IMG/VR virus record: IMGVR_UViG_3300048919_000175
Location: 1 to 64,000 of that record
Origin: a virus
Strand: one strand, 5' to 3'
DNA length: 64,000 bases
How positions within the stretch are numbered: the first letter of the stretch is position 1; each line of letters starts with the position of its first letter. The translations under genes and the position numbers were made by a program. The notes beneath the pieces were generated by a model. The model did not search any database. It had not been told where the DNA came from and worked only from the letters and a program-made list of their open reading frames with translations. Shown here one piece after another: positions 27,473 to 36,975 of the stretch.

Positions 27473-29689
27473 CTACATTACGCCACTGACCTGCATGCCT
27501 GCTAGGTCAGCTGGAAACTTGATATTGTCGCGGATCAGGTCGGTAATCATACGGTCGTTCTGCTCCGGCTCGTCGAACAAGGCTTTGTATTCCTCGTACA
27601 ACGCCGGGCTGACCAGAACGTATTGCAGATTACCAGCAATGCGGATGCGTTTGATATGGGCGAACATGCCCTCGTTGATCATTGCTTTGCGCAGGTCATG
27701 TGCCGTGCTAAAGGACTTCCCCTTAGCCTCGCGCATGGCCCATAGCTCCAGCTCTCGCGTCGTAATGCAGACCTTCATGCCTTCAAAGATAATACGCTCG
27801 GCCAGCTCGGCGGCGCGCACTTCTTCTGGCGTGCGGCTGGCAGCGATCATCTCTTTCTTCTTCTTGGTCATTGGGGCCGGTTCGCCCTTAGACACGTATT
27901 CGCCGTAGTGCTGCGCCCAATTGAGGATGATCCCCAAGCCGCCAGCATCAATCCAGCTGTTGAAGTCCTTGAACTTCTTGGCGGGCCATGCTACCTCTGT
28001 GCATTCGGGGCACAGCCAACGGCGGTCGGTGTCTTCTATCTTCATCGCCTTGACCGAGTTGGAGCAGCAGCAATAGTGCGACCAATTCTCGATCTTGTAG
28101 CGGCGCTGGTTCTTCTCGTTGACCATGATATCTTCGTCAGTGATATAGGTCTTGAGTTTGTTGTAGGCTTTCCACGAATGGCCAGAGTAGATTTCCGAAA
28201 CGACTACCAGTCGCTTGTTGGCCATCCATGAATTGAACTGGCTTTCAACAATGTCTGTTTCCGTGGGGAAGCCGACGTTGTTCATGCCGACTAGCGGTGC
28301 AAGGATGCGGTTGGTCAGCGTTGACTTACCGACGCCCTGCCGCTCGGAGACCAGCAACAGTCCGTACATCATACGGATTTCCGGCTTTGCAATCAGGGTT
28401 GCGCACCAACGCAGCACATCGTCGAGCTCTTCCGGGTTCACGAACAGATAGCGCATGAACTCAAGGAATGGCGTTGGGTCACCGGCAATCGGCCGAATTT
28501 GCGGCGGCACGTACATGTTAATCGCCGATGTGCTGTCGTCCGTTACCTTGCGCCCTTGCACGTCAGGCCGGTAGGTCAGGCGGCTCAAGCGACCGGAATA
28601 CTTCTTCAGGATCAGCTTGCAGGTGTCGGAGGTATTGGAGAAACTGGACAACACGCTGTTGATGATTTTGTCGGACCCTTGAATATGCGGGCGTTCCAGA
28701 TTGACGAACATGTCGGCATTGTCGACGTAGAACCATTCGTCGGTAACGTGAGGGCGAAGAATAACAATGGGCTTCCCCTTGGGCTGCTTGACTTCGTCGG
28801 TCATCCACGTTGCAGGATGGATGCAGCTTTCGAACGCAGGCCCGACGTAAATCTGCTTACCTTCAATGGCGCTGAACATCTTCTTCGGGAACGGGTCGGC
28901 AAGGTCGAACGCCGCTGGCCATTCGTCCGTGAACTGCAGATGAAAAGTCTGCATGCGCAACATCTGCGAGATTGGGGCCACGGCCTCGCGACCGGGCTTG
29001 TCGTTGTCCGAAACAATGTAGGCACGCCGCATGCCCATTTCGTTCAGTACATTCCAGTTTGTACGGCGCGGCACGAATGCGCCACCGGCCCAACCTACAT
29101 GCGCCCCGGCCCGTAGCTCCTCCAACCATGGATGGGAACCATTTGCCTCGATTAAGCGTTGTACTGCACGCGCAGCTTTAGCCCCTTCATGAATGAAGAC
29201 TGTCGTGTGCGCCCCAATCTTGTCCAGACCGTACAGCGGCAGGCCGAACGGCGGCTCAGCGCGTCGCCATTTATTGTCTGACCAGAACGTATAAGGAACG
29301 TAACGCTTTTCAGCCTCGTCGGTCTTCGGGTCCAGACGCAGTTGGAGCATCGCAATGTTGCCCCATTGGTCTTTGAACTCGAACACGCTATCAGCGTCAG
29401 CCTCTTCCAGCTCCTTCGGCAGGTTGGTCGGGCGTGCTGGCTTGACATACTCTGGAAACTGGCCCACGGGCCATGTCGCCATAATGTCTTGCTTTTCCTG
29501 ATCGGTCGGCTCGTAGCCTTCGGTCGCTTTGGGCTCCCCGGTCTCCGGGTCAAACTCGATGCGGGCCTTATCGATGTTATAAGCGCCGCGCTTTTCCTGG
29601 ACTACTGCAGAATAAAGTCCTCGTGTTTCAGCTTTAAATCGCCGAAGGTAGCGGGCTACATCCGGGATTTCATAAAGATCTGAGATCAT
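27473..29689 (-). CDS. Primase-helicase (TOPRIM plus SF3/DUF5906-like P-loop)
   Basis: IHEGAKAA, DND.PG, QGVGKST, FNSW, DRRW. Confidence 0.88.
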   Translation of the reverse strand: MISDLYEIPDVARYLRRFKAETRGLYSAVVQEKRGAYNIDKARIEFDPETGEPKATEGYEPTDQEKQDIMATWPVGQFPEYVKPARPTNLPKELEEADADSVFEFKDQWGNIAMLQLRLDPKTDEAEKRYVPYTFWSDNKWRRAEPPFGLPLYGLDKIGAHTTVFIHEGAKAARAVQRLIEANGSHPWLEELRAGAHVGWAGGAFVPRRTNWNVLNEMGMRRAYIVSDNDKPGREAVAPISQMLRMQTFHLQFTDEWPAAFDLADPFPKKMFSAIEGKQIYVGPAFESCIHPATWMTDEVKQPKGKPIVILRPHVTDEWFYVDNADMFVNLERPHIQGSDKIINSVLSSFSNTSDTCKLILKKYSGRLSRLTYRPDVQGRKVTDDSTSAINMYVPPQIRPIAGDPTPFLEFMRYLFVNPEELDDVLRWCATLIAKPEIRMMYGLLLVSERQGVGKSTLTNRILAPLVGMNNVGFPTETDIVESQFNSWMANKRLVVVSEIYSGHSWKAYNKLKTYITDEDIMVNEKNQRRYKIENWSHYCCCSNSVKAMKIEDTDRRWLCPECTEVAWPAKKFKDFNSWIDAGGLGIILNWAQHYGEYVSKGEPAPMTKKKKEMIAASRTPEEVRAAELAERIIFEGMKVCITTRELELWAMREAKGKSFSTAHDLRKAMINEGMFAHIKRIRIAGNLQYVLVSPALYEEYKALFDEPEQNDRMITDLIRDNIKFPADLAGMQVSGVM

Positions 29690-29892
29690 TCTCTGTTACC
29701 GCCCAATAGTAATTCAATATTCTTGGAAGCTTCTTTAAGCTCCCGCTGCCACTTCATTAGTTGATCCCGGCTCACCGGTCGTTTCACTTCCAGCGCTAGC
29801 GAGGTTTGCCCGGCTATAGCTCCCGTAACTGTTAGGATTTCCTCCAGTATTGGCCCGGCTCGCGTTGGCTTCTGCACTTGCTTGATCCTCAT
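29686..29892 (-). CDS. Small hypothetical protein overlapping the polymerase 3' end
   Basis: Stop overlaps the primase start (ATGA). Amphipathic helix. Confidence 0.45.
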   Translation of the reverse strand: MRIKQVQKPTRAGPILEEILTVTGAIAGQTSLALEVKRPVSRDQLMKWQRELKEASKNIELLLGGNRE

Positions 29893-32731
29893 GTTTCGGG
29901 TCGATATCCCCAATGTATCGAACCAGCTTAATGTTGATCATTCTAAAATCGCGCGGTACTGTTCCCTTGATGGCGTATAGGGCCTTCAGCGGTCGACCAC
30001 GGTTGATGATCGGCTTAGCGATCGTCTCGTAGTCGAACCGGTTGACTTTGGCATATACGTTATCGCTGTCGTCGGCCAGATGTAAGCCGAGCGAAAGGTG
30101 CGGGCCGGAATACTTGTAGCCGCGCTTCATCACGTTGATGTCTTCGTTCTCATCTTTGGGGTTGATCTTCGCCATGACGACGAATACAAGGACATCATAC
30201 TCTTCTCCTGTAACCTGTACGTCGATGAGGCGCGTGGGCGGAGTGTTTATGTTCCGCTCGCGAGGGTCGGGCATGACCCTCCGGAAGGCGTCTGCAATCG
30301 GAGACAGGCTATCAATTTTTGTTGTCGGATTAGCAAGTAGCTTAGCCGCACGGCTGCTCAAAGGCAAGCCCATTGCGCGTGCGGTCATGATCTCCTGAAC
30401 AATTTTTGGACCAATTCCCTTAACGTTTTGAACGGGTCCTACCAGTAACCGCTCACCATCGATGGTCGCCACGCGCCACTTGTCCGTTGAGTGCTCAGGG
30501 TGGACGGAAATATAGCGGACGCCTTCGTCCAACATTTCACGGAGCGTCGCAAGCTGGCTCTCGACTTTGTCTTTATGCGTAAGCGTAGCAGCCGCGAATT
30601 CAAGAGGGTAGTGAGCCTTGAGGTACGCGCACTGATACGAGATAATTCCATAAGCGACCGCGTGGGATTTATTGAAGCACCAAGCGCCGAAGGCACAGAG
30701 ACTATCCCAAACTGTAAAGGCAACCGCTTCCGGTACGCCCTTTTTCTTACACTCAGCTTTGAAAGGATCGCCAAATCTGTCAAAGTATTCTCGGCCCAAG
30801 CTTTTCGACATGGCCTTGCGCAGATTAGATGTATCCTCCCAAGAAAGGCCACCGACCTCGCGAACAATAGACATGATCTGTTCTTGATAAACAACGACCC
30901 CAAAGGTATCAAGGAGGTAGGGCTCGAAAATCTCGTGCGGGATATCGACTGCCTCCTTTTGGTTCTTTCGCTTGATCCAGTGCGCGGTCGATCCGGATGA
31001 AAGCGGTCCCGGACGCGCGAGCGCGGTGAGACTAACAATGTCGTCAAGGCAGGTGATATTGATTTCCTTGGCCACACGTTGCAGTGCTTGCCCTTCAAAT
31101 TGGAATATGCCCGAATACTTTCTGTCATTGAGAACCTCAAAAGCTTCGGGGTCGTCCAGAGGGATCGTGTCAAGCCATGTATGCGGCTTGTCGATCATTG
31201 CCAAACAATCCTCGAAAATGGAAAGCTGCGTCAGACCGAGCGCGTCGATCTTGAGCAGGTTAAGGTCTTCAGCATCCTTCTTGTTACAGTAGGTGCCGCC
31301 CGTCATGCTATCGACCGCCACGTACTCCTTGATTGGGAGCTCGGTGACGATGACCCCTGCCGCGTGCTGCGACTTGTTGGCCGGGTGGCCTTCCATCCGG
31401 GTTGCAATGTGCATTTCCGGATAGTCCAGCAACAGCCGTTGCCCGGCAGGGGTCAGCTTGAACGTGTCTTCGATGGCGCGCAATGCTCGCGCGTCACCAG
31501 AGGAAGTTTCAATCATACTTTCCAGAACTGGCGTGGTCTTCCATCCCGGAATATTGAGCGAGGCGGCAGCTTCCTTAATAACCGACTTCGGCTTGTACAG
31601 CGAAACCGTGCCAAGGCGAGCGGTACGTTCCTTGCCATAGAGCTGCTCCATATGGGTGAATACCATATGGCGCTTCTGATCCGAGAAGTCGATGTCGATA
31701 TCCGGCAGGTCGAGGCGGTTGATATCGATAAAGCGTTCGAACAGGAGGTTGTATGGTATGGGATCGACCATCGTGATCCCCAAAAGGTAGCATACCAGAC
31801 TGCCCGACGACGAGCCTCGTCCAGGACCGACCATCATATGTTGCTTGGACCATTGGATCATTTCAGAAACGATATAGAAGTAGTCGCCGAAACCCTTCTC
31901 TTCGATCAGGGTAAGCTCACGGTCAAGGCGCGCGCTATAAATCGGGTCCGTGAGGTTGCACCCAAGGCGAAGGGCACCTTCCTCACAAAGTTCTCGGAGA
32001 GACTTCTCTTTGTGTGGTGAGAGCAGTGTGCCGGTCGGGAGATCAGCTGTGCAGCCTTGGACGACCTTGGCGACGTTAGCCCATGCGCCAGCAATGTCCG
32101 CTTCCGTAGCCTCAGATTTTGCAATGGCCATGCGCCATTGATCTGGGTCAAGAATAAACTGCGCATAGCTCTGCGTTGACTTATTGCGGCCCATAATAGT
32201 TTCGTATAGAAACCGGTCGCCGTCATTGGTGTAGCGGTTTTCGCTGCTGGCAATAAACTGAAAGCCGCGCTCCTTGGCCGCACGGAAATACCCAGGATAG
32301 ACGGCTGGCGAGAGCGCAACAAAGACGTGTTCTGCCGGAGCGAGATGTTCGAAGTTAGCACGATGTCCGGCGATAACATATACGCCCTCAGCATTGGCGA
32401 CTTGTTCGTAGGTAAGCAGTGGCGTATAACGAAATTGATTTGTTGCAAGTTCAATGAGGTCGTGGATTGCCGAGACCTTTTCCCGCGCATAGAACGTAAA
32501 TTCGCAAGTTGCGGGGCGCTTATCGTGGATGCCTGTGGTGACATTGATCGTCACTCCATAGATAGGCTTCAACTCCTTCTTCTTGGCCAGCTTGCGCCAC
32601 TGGACGAAGCCAAAGGTTGAGCAAAAGTCTGAGATAGGGGCGGCAGGATAGCCGCACGCCACTAGGCGGTCCATCACTTCTTCAATGTGGCCGACGGAGT
32701 GGTTGTACGAATATCCGGTCATTACCTTCAT
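29735..32731 (-). CDS. dnaE: Family C DNA polymerase (DnaE / Pol III alpha-like)
   Basis: GPGRGSS, LLFERF, PDIDIDF, HAAG, KIDALGL, FNKSHA. Confidence 0.95.
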   Translation of the reverse strand: MKVMTGYSYNHSVGHIEEVMDRLVACGYPAAPISDFCSTFGFVQWRKLAKKKELKPIYGVTINVTTGIHDKRPATCEFTFYAREKVSAIHDLIELATNQFRYTPLLTYEQVANAEGVYVIAGHRANFEHLAPAEHVFVALSPAVYPGYFRAAKERGFQFIASSENRYTNDGDRFLYETIMGRNKSTQSYAQFILDPDQWRMAIAKSEATEADIAGAWANVAKVVQGCTADLPTGTLLSPHKEKSLRELCEEGALRLGCNLTDPIYSARLDRELTLIEEKGFGDYFYIVSEMIQWSKQHMMVGPGRGSSSGSLVCYLLGITMVDPIPYNLLFERFIDINRLDLPDIDIDFSDQKRHMVFTHMEQLYGKERTARLGTVSLYKPKSVIKEAAASLNIPGWKTTPVLESMIETSSGDARALRAIEDTFKLTPAGQRLLLDYPEMHIATRMEGHPANKSQHAAGVIVTELPIKEYVAVDSMTGGTYCNKKDAEDLNLLKIDALGLTQLSIFEDCLAMIDKPHTWLDTIPLDDPEAFEVLNDRKYSGIFQFEGQALQRVAKEINITCLDDIVSLTALARPGPLSSGSTAHWIKRKNQKEAVDIPHEIFEPYLLDTFGVVVYQEQIMSIVREVGGLSWEDTSNLRKAMSKSLGREYFDRFGDPFKAECKKKGVPEAVAFTVWDSLCAFGAWCFNKSHAVAYGIISYQCAYLKAHYPLEFAAATLTHKDKVESQLATLREMLDEGVRYISVHPEHSTDKWRVATIDGERLLVGPVQNVKGIGPKIVQEIMTARAMGLPLSSRAAKLLANPTTKIDSLSPIADAFRRVMPDPRERNINTPPTRLIDVQVTGEEYDVLVFVVMAKINPKDENEDINVMKRGYKYSGPHLSLGLHLADDSDNVYAKVNRFDYETIAKPIINRGRPLKALYAIKGTVPRDFRMINIKLVRYIGDIDPKHEDQASAEANASRANTGGNPNSYGSYSRANLASAGSETTGEPGSTNEVAAGA

Positions 32732-33141
32732 GCTGCTAGCTCCGCTCTGCTGTTCATTATCTCGATTGATTTCTTGAGCGCGTCCATGTAATAGTCCTGC
32801 AGATGTAGCGGGACGTTTTCATATAGCGCATGGACCATGGCCCATTTGCCACGGAGCCGGTCGATGGTGTCTTCGTTCAGCGGAATATAACTGATGTTGA
32901 AGCCAAGGCCCTGCTTGGTGCCGTTGTTCCCTAAACTGACCTGCGCCAGATGCGCAGAGAACAAAGCCGGGTAGCCTAGTGCCTGCATGGCGTGGCCAGC
33001 GCGGCTCACCATTTCACGAAGATGCTCACTGTCGACGATGAAGATATGCTCCTTGGGGCCACCGGCCTCGAACGCCTTGATGCATTCGTTTATCTTGAGC
33101 ATATGCTGGTTGGGTCCGCGCTTCCTGCTGGAGTTGATCAT
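32728..33141 (-). CDS. Hypothetical protein
   Basis: Translationally coupled on both sides. Confidence 0.6.
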   Translation of the reverse strand: MINSSRKRGPNQHMLKINECIKAFEAGGPKEHIFIVDSEHLREMVSRAGHAMQALGYPALFSAHLAQVSLGNNGTKQGLGFNISYIPLNEDTIDRLRGKWAMVHALYENVPLHLQDYYMDALKKSIEIMNSRAELAA

Positions 33142-33689
33142 AGTATTCCCCTGTTGATTAGCTCTATATAGCATTTGGCGAGAGCTCGTGTGTCTGGCTC
33201 CGCTCTGTGATGGTCGGCAAAGTCAAAGCCGAACAACTCTGTGTGCAATGCCCCAAGGTTTAGTCGGTATCCCTTGAGCCATTCGGTCCCTTCAATGGTG
33301 CAGATTACCTCCGGCCATTCAATGGTCTGGTCGACGCGACGCATGTCGAAGTTGGTCATGTCCACGTCGTAGCCCGCATTGTGCGCCACGACGCGATCAT
33401 GCGCCTCAATTGTCTCTTTGACTTTAGGAGCGAAGTGCCGGAACTCCGGCACGTTCTTGAGCAGGTCTGGCGTAATGCCAGTGATGCGGGTCGTCTCTGC
33501 CGTAATGGCGAATGGCGGTCGGCAGAGAAAGCTCAGCGTCGGGGCTGTCTCAAGGTAGCCCGGCTCATTCATCAGGTCATGGTCAACCGTGATCCCAAAG
33601 AATTCAATGATGTAGGGTTGGTCCTTGAGCGGACGACCAATGTTCTCGATGAGATTGGTCGTTTCCGTATCCCATACGAATGATTTCAT
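33138..33689 (-). CDS. DEDDh 3'-5' exonuclease (DnaQ/epsilon-like)
   Basis: WDTETT, AHNAGYD, HRAEPD. Confidence 0.9.
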   Translation of the reverse strand: MKSFVWDTETTNLIENIGRPLKDQPYIIEFFGITVDHDLMNEPGYLETAPTLSFLCRPPFAITAETTRITGITPDLLKNVPEFRHFAPKVKETIEAHDRVVAHNAGYDVDMTNFDMRRVDQTIEWPEVICTIEGTEWLKGYRLNLGALHTELFGFDFADHHRAEPDTRALAKCYIELINRGIL

Positions 33690-34192
33690 TACAGCACCGT
33701 CGGCGGTACGACCTTGCCTTCGGGCGCTTCCGGCAACAACTCGGGCGGCGGCGGAGGCTCTTCTGCGGTCAGCGCCAGCTCACTATCGTCAAAGACTAAC
33801 GGCTTGCCCGGCACGATCGGATTTACCGGGAACGTGTAGGTGCTGGCCTCAGGTTCCTTGGGGAACATGTCTGCCGTAGCTTCGTCCAAGGCTGCACGCT
33901 CTTCGCTGTCCAGTTCCTGGAGCATCTGCGTGTACACGGTCATATCGTCGAGGCTGTCCGGATGCCCGCCCTTTGCGAAATTCTCGCAATAGCGCGTCAG
34001 CTTGGCGACCACTTGGGTCAGGATGCCGAACCGATTATGGTCGGCACGGTCTTGCAGTTCGACGCCAGCCGGAAACAGGGCGTTCATGACTTCACCATGG
34101 CGCTTGTAATTGTCGCCATAGAGCTTGTTGCGTTCTTCATAGATACCGGCTGCATCGCGCAGGGCTTGCGGTACTGATTTAATCTCGGTCAT
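33689..34192 (-). CDS. DUF6378-like all-alpha protein, nucleotide-metabolism associated
   Basis: A....ER...YG, K..R, H.DS..D...Y pattern. Confidence 0.6.
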   Translation of the reverse strand: MTEIKSVPQALRDAAGIYEERNKLYGDNYKRHGEVMNALFPAGVELQDRADHNRFGILTQVVAKLTRYCENFAKGGHPDSLDDMTVYTQMLQELDSEERAALDEATADMFPKEPEASTYTFPVNPIVPGKPLVFDDSELALTAEEPPPPPELLPEAPEGKVVPPTVL

Positions 34193-34632
34193 CCCAGAAC
34201 TCCATTGCGGACCTGCCAGCATTCAACGCCAGCGTTGCGATAAGCCTCGACCACATCGTCCTTGTGGTCAAGTGCGAGGTAGTGACCGTCGCCATAATTG
34301 CGACGTATCTCTTCAAGATACTGCATCTTCAGTATCGGCTCCTTCGTCTTGGGGATATCGTACTTGTCACGATACATCACCCAATCTGGGTAAATCCCAT
34401 ACTTGCCGAGCCAAGCATTCGTCTGGAATTCCCACTGCTGGTAGCGCACAGTTACGATGACGAAGCGATATTCTTCGTGCATCAATAGCCGGACTGCCGA
34501 AACCGTATTCTGGAACGGGAGGTCGTCTACACACGCGGCCTCGTATTCGTCCCAAAGCCCGGCCTTGAACAAATGCTGGCGGTGGGAATTGTCCGCCAGC
34601 ACGCCTTCGAGACTTGCGATGACTACCAACAT
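34189..34632 (-). CDS. HAD-fold PNKP-phosphatase-like protein with degenerate motif I
   Basis: ASLEGVLAD.SHR replaces FDxDG. Also T..WL, K, and LDHK..VVE.YR..G. Confidence 0.7.
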   Translation of the reverse strand: MLVVIASLEGVLADNSHRQHLFKAGLWDEYEAACVDDLPFQNTVSAVRLLMHEEYRFVIVTVRYQQWEFQTNAWLGKYGIYPDWVMYRDKYDIPKTKEPILKMQYLEEIRRNYGDGHYLALDHKDDVVEAYRNAGVECWQVRNGVLG

Positions 34633-35192
34633 TATTCGGTAGCCTCAGCTTTGGCGCTCACACCGATAATATAACGCAGCCAAGCGGCCCATCCTAGAAC
34701 ACTGACGCTAGGGTCCCGCTGCGCTGCACGGAAAGCATCCATGCATTTCGAAAATCCGAACTGCATATCGGCAATTGTCTGGAAGTGCATATCGGTCGCT
34801 TCCGACAACATGACGTTCGAGCCATGACCAAAGCCGCTGAACGTAATGATAGGGCCGGTCCAGTCGTCATGGTCCTCGCGAGCGCGGCGCTGGTGAACCA
34901 TGAAGCCAAGCTCGAATGCCGTGCCAGTGTCGCGGTCATCGATGCAAGCGATGATCCCGAAGCTTTCTTCCATAGCGTCGACGTTGCGGGTGTAAATCTC
35001 GCTGGTATGGCGAGCGCGCATCTCGGGAGCCATGTCGACAAGCACAGGGCTCAGGTCGCGCGGGTCGCACACGGCAAACCCGCTCGTTTCCAGAAAGCTC
35101 TTGGCGGTGTCCATAGTGCGCTTTTGCTGGTCGTTGAAGAACGGACCGGCGAGGTAGAAATCGTACTTGTAACCTTCGCAGATGAGGGCCAT
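34632..35192 (-). CDS. Nucleoside 2-deoxyribosyltransferase / nucleotide N-glycosidase family protein
   Basis: YLAGPFF, DTGTAFELG, NVML. Confidence 0.88.
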   Translation of the reverse strand: MALICEGYKYDFYLAGPFFNDQQKRTMDTAKSFLETSGFAVCDPRDLSPVLVDMAPEMRARHTSEIYTRNVDAMEESFGIIACIDDRDTGTAFELGFMVHQRRAREDHDDWTGPIITFSGFGHGSNVMLSEATDMHFQTIADMQFGFSKCMDAFRAAQRDPSVSVLGWAAWLRYIIGVSAKAEATE

Positions 35193-35194
35193 GA

Positions 35195-36322
35195 TTATGC
35201 TCCTTGGTCCGGGGTGTATTGCAGATAAGCCTGTTGCCAGAAATGATTGGTGATCGGCCTGTGCTGCATATACCTGAGGATTTCAACGCGCTGCTCGGCC
35301 GATGGCTCAATGCCCTCTTGGCTGAGCCAGATCGGGCACGGCGGAGCCGGGTCCTTGCCTTCCTGACGCAACATGTTGTCGCGCCCTACCGGGCAGCTGA
35401 TGCAGGTGTCGCACGGTAGCGGCACGCCGACCTGTTCGTATTCCGTTTCGAACAGGGTGTTCAGCCGCTGGATGATCGGCGACCAGAGGTCCTCCTGCGC
35501 GATCCAGCAATTGCGCTTGCGCACCATGCTGAACGCAACCTCGCGGGTCATCATGAGTTGCATGTCGACCAAGGAGTTGATTGGCTTGCACATGTCATAA
35601 TAGTTGAGATAGCGGTGTAGCGTGTCGAACATCAGCACCGGCCGATGGCGCGTGACCTGCGCTCGCAACGCAATCGGAACTTGGGGCACGTCAACGATTA
35701 CGAAATGGCCTGAGAAGCCTCCGTTGCTCGCGTGCGTGTATTTCGGCAGGAGTTCCATTGCGCCGTAGTGATCAATCTTCAGCTTGCCGTATGGCGTATA
35801 ATCGATCGCTCGTTTCAACTCCCGGCTCATTTCCCAGAACGGGCTGCTCTCCAGCTGTGACATGCTCGACGCCAGACGATCCAATGCGGCACAGAACCGC
35901 ATCAGGGTCCTTGCCGACAACTTGATCGTGAAGCCGGTAATGTAGCAGAGCGGCAAAAGCAGTCGGAAATGATCCTGCAATCCAGATAACCGGGCCTCCA
36001 GCATCTGCGCATGGGCCTTGATCACAAGTTGTTCGTCCTGCCAGAGCGGGTGCACCGGCCAATCGTTCAGGTTGTCCACCCGACTTGTCCTCGCCCATGC
36101 CACATGGTCCCTGATCGTGAAAAACATTTCCCGAATGATGATCGGGCAGCGGATTTCGAGAATGAAATCCTCGAGCTCGTTGACTGGCACATCGACCTTC
36201 AGCACGTCCATCAGGTCAATAATGTCTTCGTTGGGGCGCGAGTGGCCCCAAGCTTTCGCCGTAATGACGCCATCCGGTGACCGAATGACCTTCACACTGA
36301 TTGGTTCTCCGTAAACTGCCAT
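35195..36322 (-). CDS. Divergent tandem ThyX-like flavoprotein with C-terminal Cys cluster
   Basis: ThyX-like segments TSR, FRLLLP...T......RTLMRF, QVTRHR, RNCWIAQ, plus CDTCISCP...CP. Confidence 0.6.
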   Translation of the reverse strand: MAVYGEPISVKVIRSPDGVITAKAWGHSRPNEDIIDLMDVLKVDVPVNELEDFILEIRCPIIIREMFFTIRDHVAWARTSRVDNLNDWPVHPLWQDEQLVIKAHAQMLEARLSGLQDHFRLLLPLCYITGFTIKLSARTLMRFCAALDRLASSMSQLESSPFWEMSRELKRAIDYTPYGKLKIDHYGAMELLPKYTHASNGGFSGHFVIVDVPQVPIALRAQVTRHRPVLMFDTLHRYLNYYDMCKPINSLVDMQLMMTREVAFSMVRKRNCWIAQEDLWSPIIQRLNTLFETEYEQVGVPLPCDTCISCPVGRDNMLRQEGKDPAPPCPIWLSQEGIEPSAEQRVEILRYMQHRPITNHFWQQAYLQYTPDQGA

Positions 36323-36327
36323 TGTTC

Positions 36328-36975
36328 TTATAGTCCCCTGAAAAATGCGCCGAATGTAATATCGCCGCGCCGGGACTGGAGCAGGATATCATGCAGCTCT
36401 GTGACGACCGGATGCAGACAAGTTCCCTTGAGTGCCCAATCGAGTTTGGTTATTTCGCCCATGATCTCTTCAGAGACGCGGATGAAAGACTTGTTGCCGT
36501 ACATAGCAACCTCGGTCATCGTTTTGTAGACAACCGCCGCCATGTCTGCCACCTTTAGGATGAGACCCTCAAGGCTATCGTCCTTGGCATTCTCCCAGTC
36601 ATACATGATGCTGATGTCTAGGAGTTCTTCGATTTTGCTGATGGCGAGCCGGCCATAGGCGTCAATGCCTTCCTTGACTTCCGGGCTGCAATACTTGGTC
36701 TTGCGAGAAACATCGCCCGTGATCGTTTCCTCAAGGTCATGCAACGTGGCGCGGATGATCAGCCTGCCGACGTCGATCCCAACGCCCTGCTCCAGCAACC
36801 GGGCCGAGATGATCAGGCAAAACAGCGCGGAGAAGCCAATATGCTCCAACACGCTTTCTTCCTTGACCATGAAGTCGCGGGAGTAGCGCCGCACATTGCT
36901 GAGCTGCGCTATAATCTCCAACGTGTTTTGGACCGCCCTGTCGGGCAGCTTGTGCCGTTCGAGGATGTTCTGCAT
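36328..36975 (-). CDS. HD-domain 5'-deoxynucleotidase (YfbR-like)
   Basis: RRY, ESVLEH, LHDLEE..TGD, KVAD. Confidence 0.9.
   Translation of the reverse strand: MQNILERHKLPDRAVQNTLEIIAQLSNVRRYSRDFMVKEESVLEHIGFSALFCLIISARLLEQGVGIDVGRLIIRATLHDLEETITGDVSRKTKYCSPEVKEGIDAYGRLAISKIEELLDISIMYDWENAKDDSLEGLILKVADMAAVVYKTMTEVAMYGNKSFIRVSEEIMGEITKLDWALKGTCLHPVVTELHDILLQSRRGDITFGAFFRGL

Noticed and set aside
33689-36975. 2-aminoadenine (Z) or 7-deazaguanine modification system
   Set aside because: An HD enzyme is present, but no PurZ, DpdA, FolE or QueC/D/E homologue is recognisable in the window.
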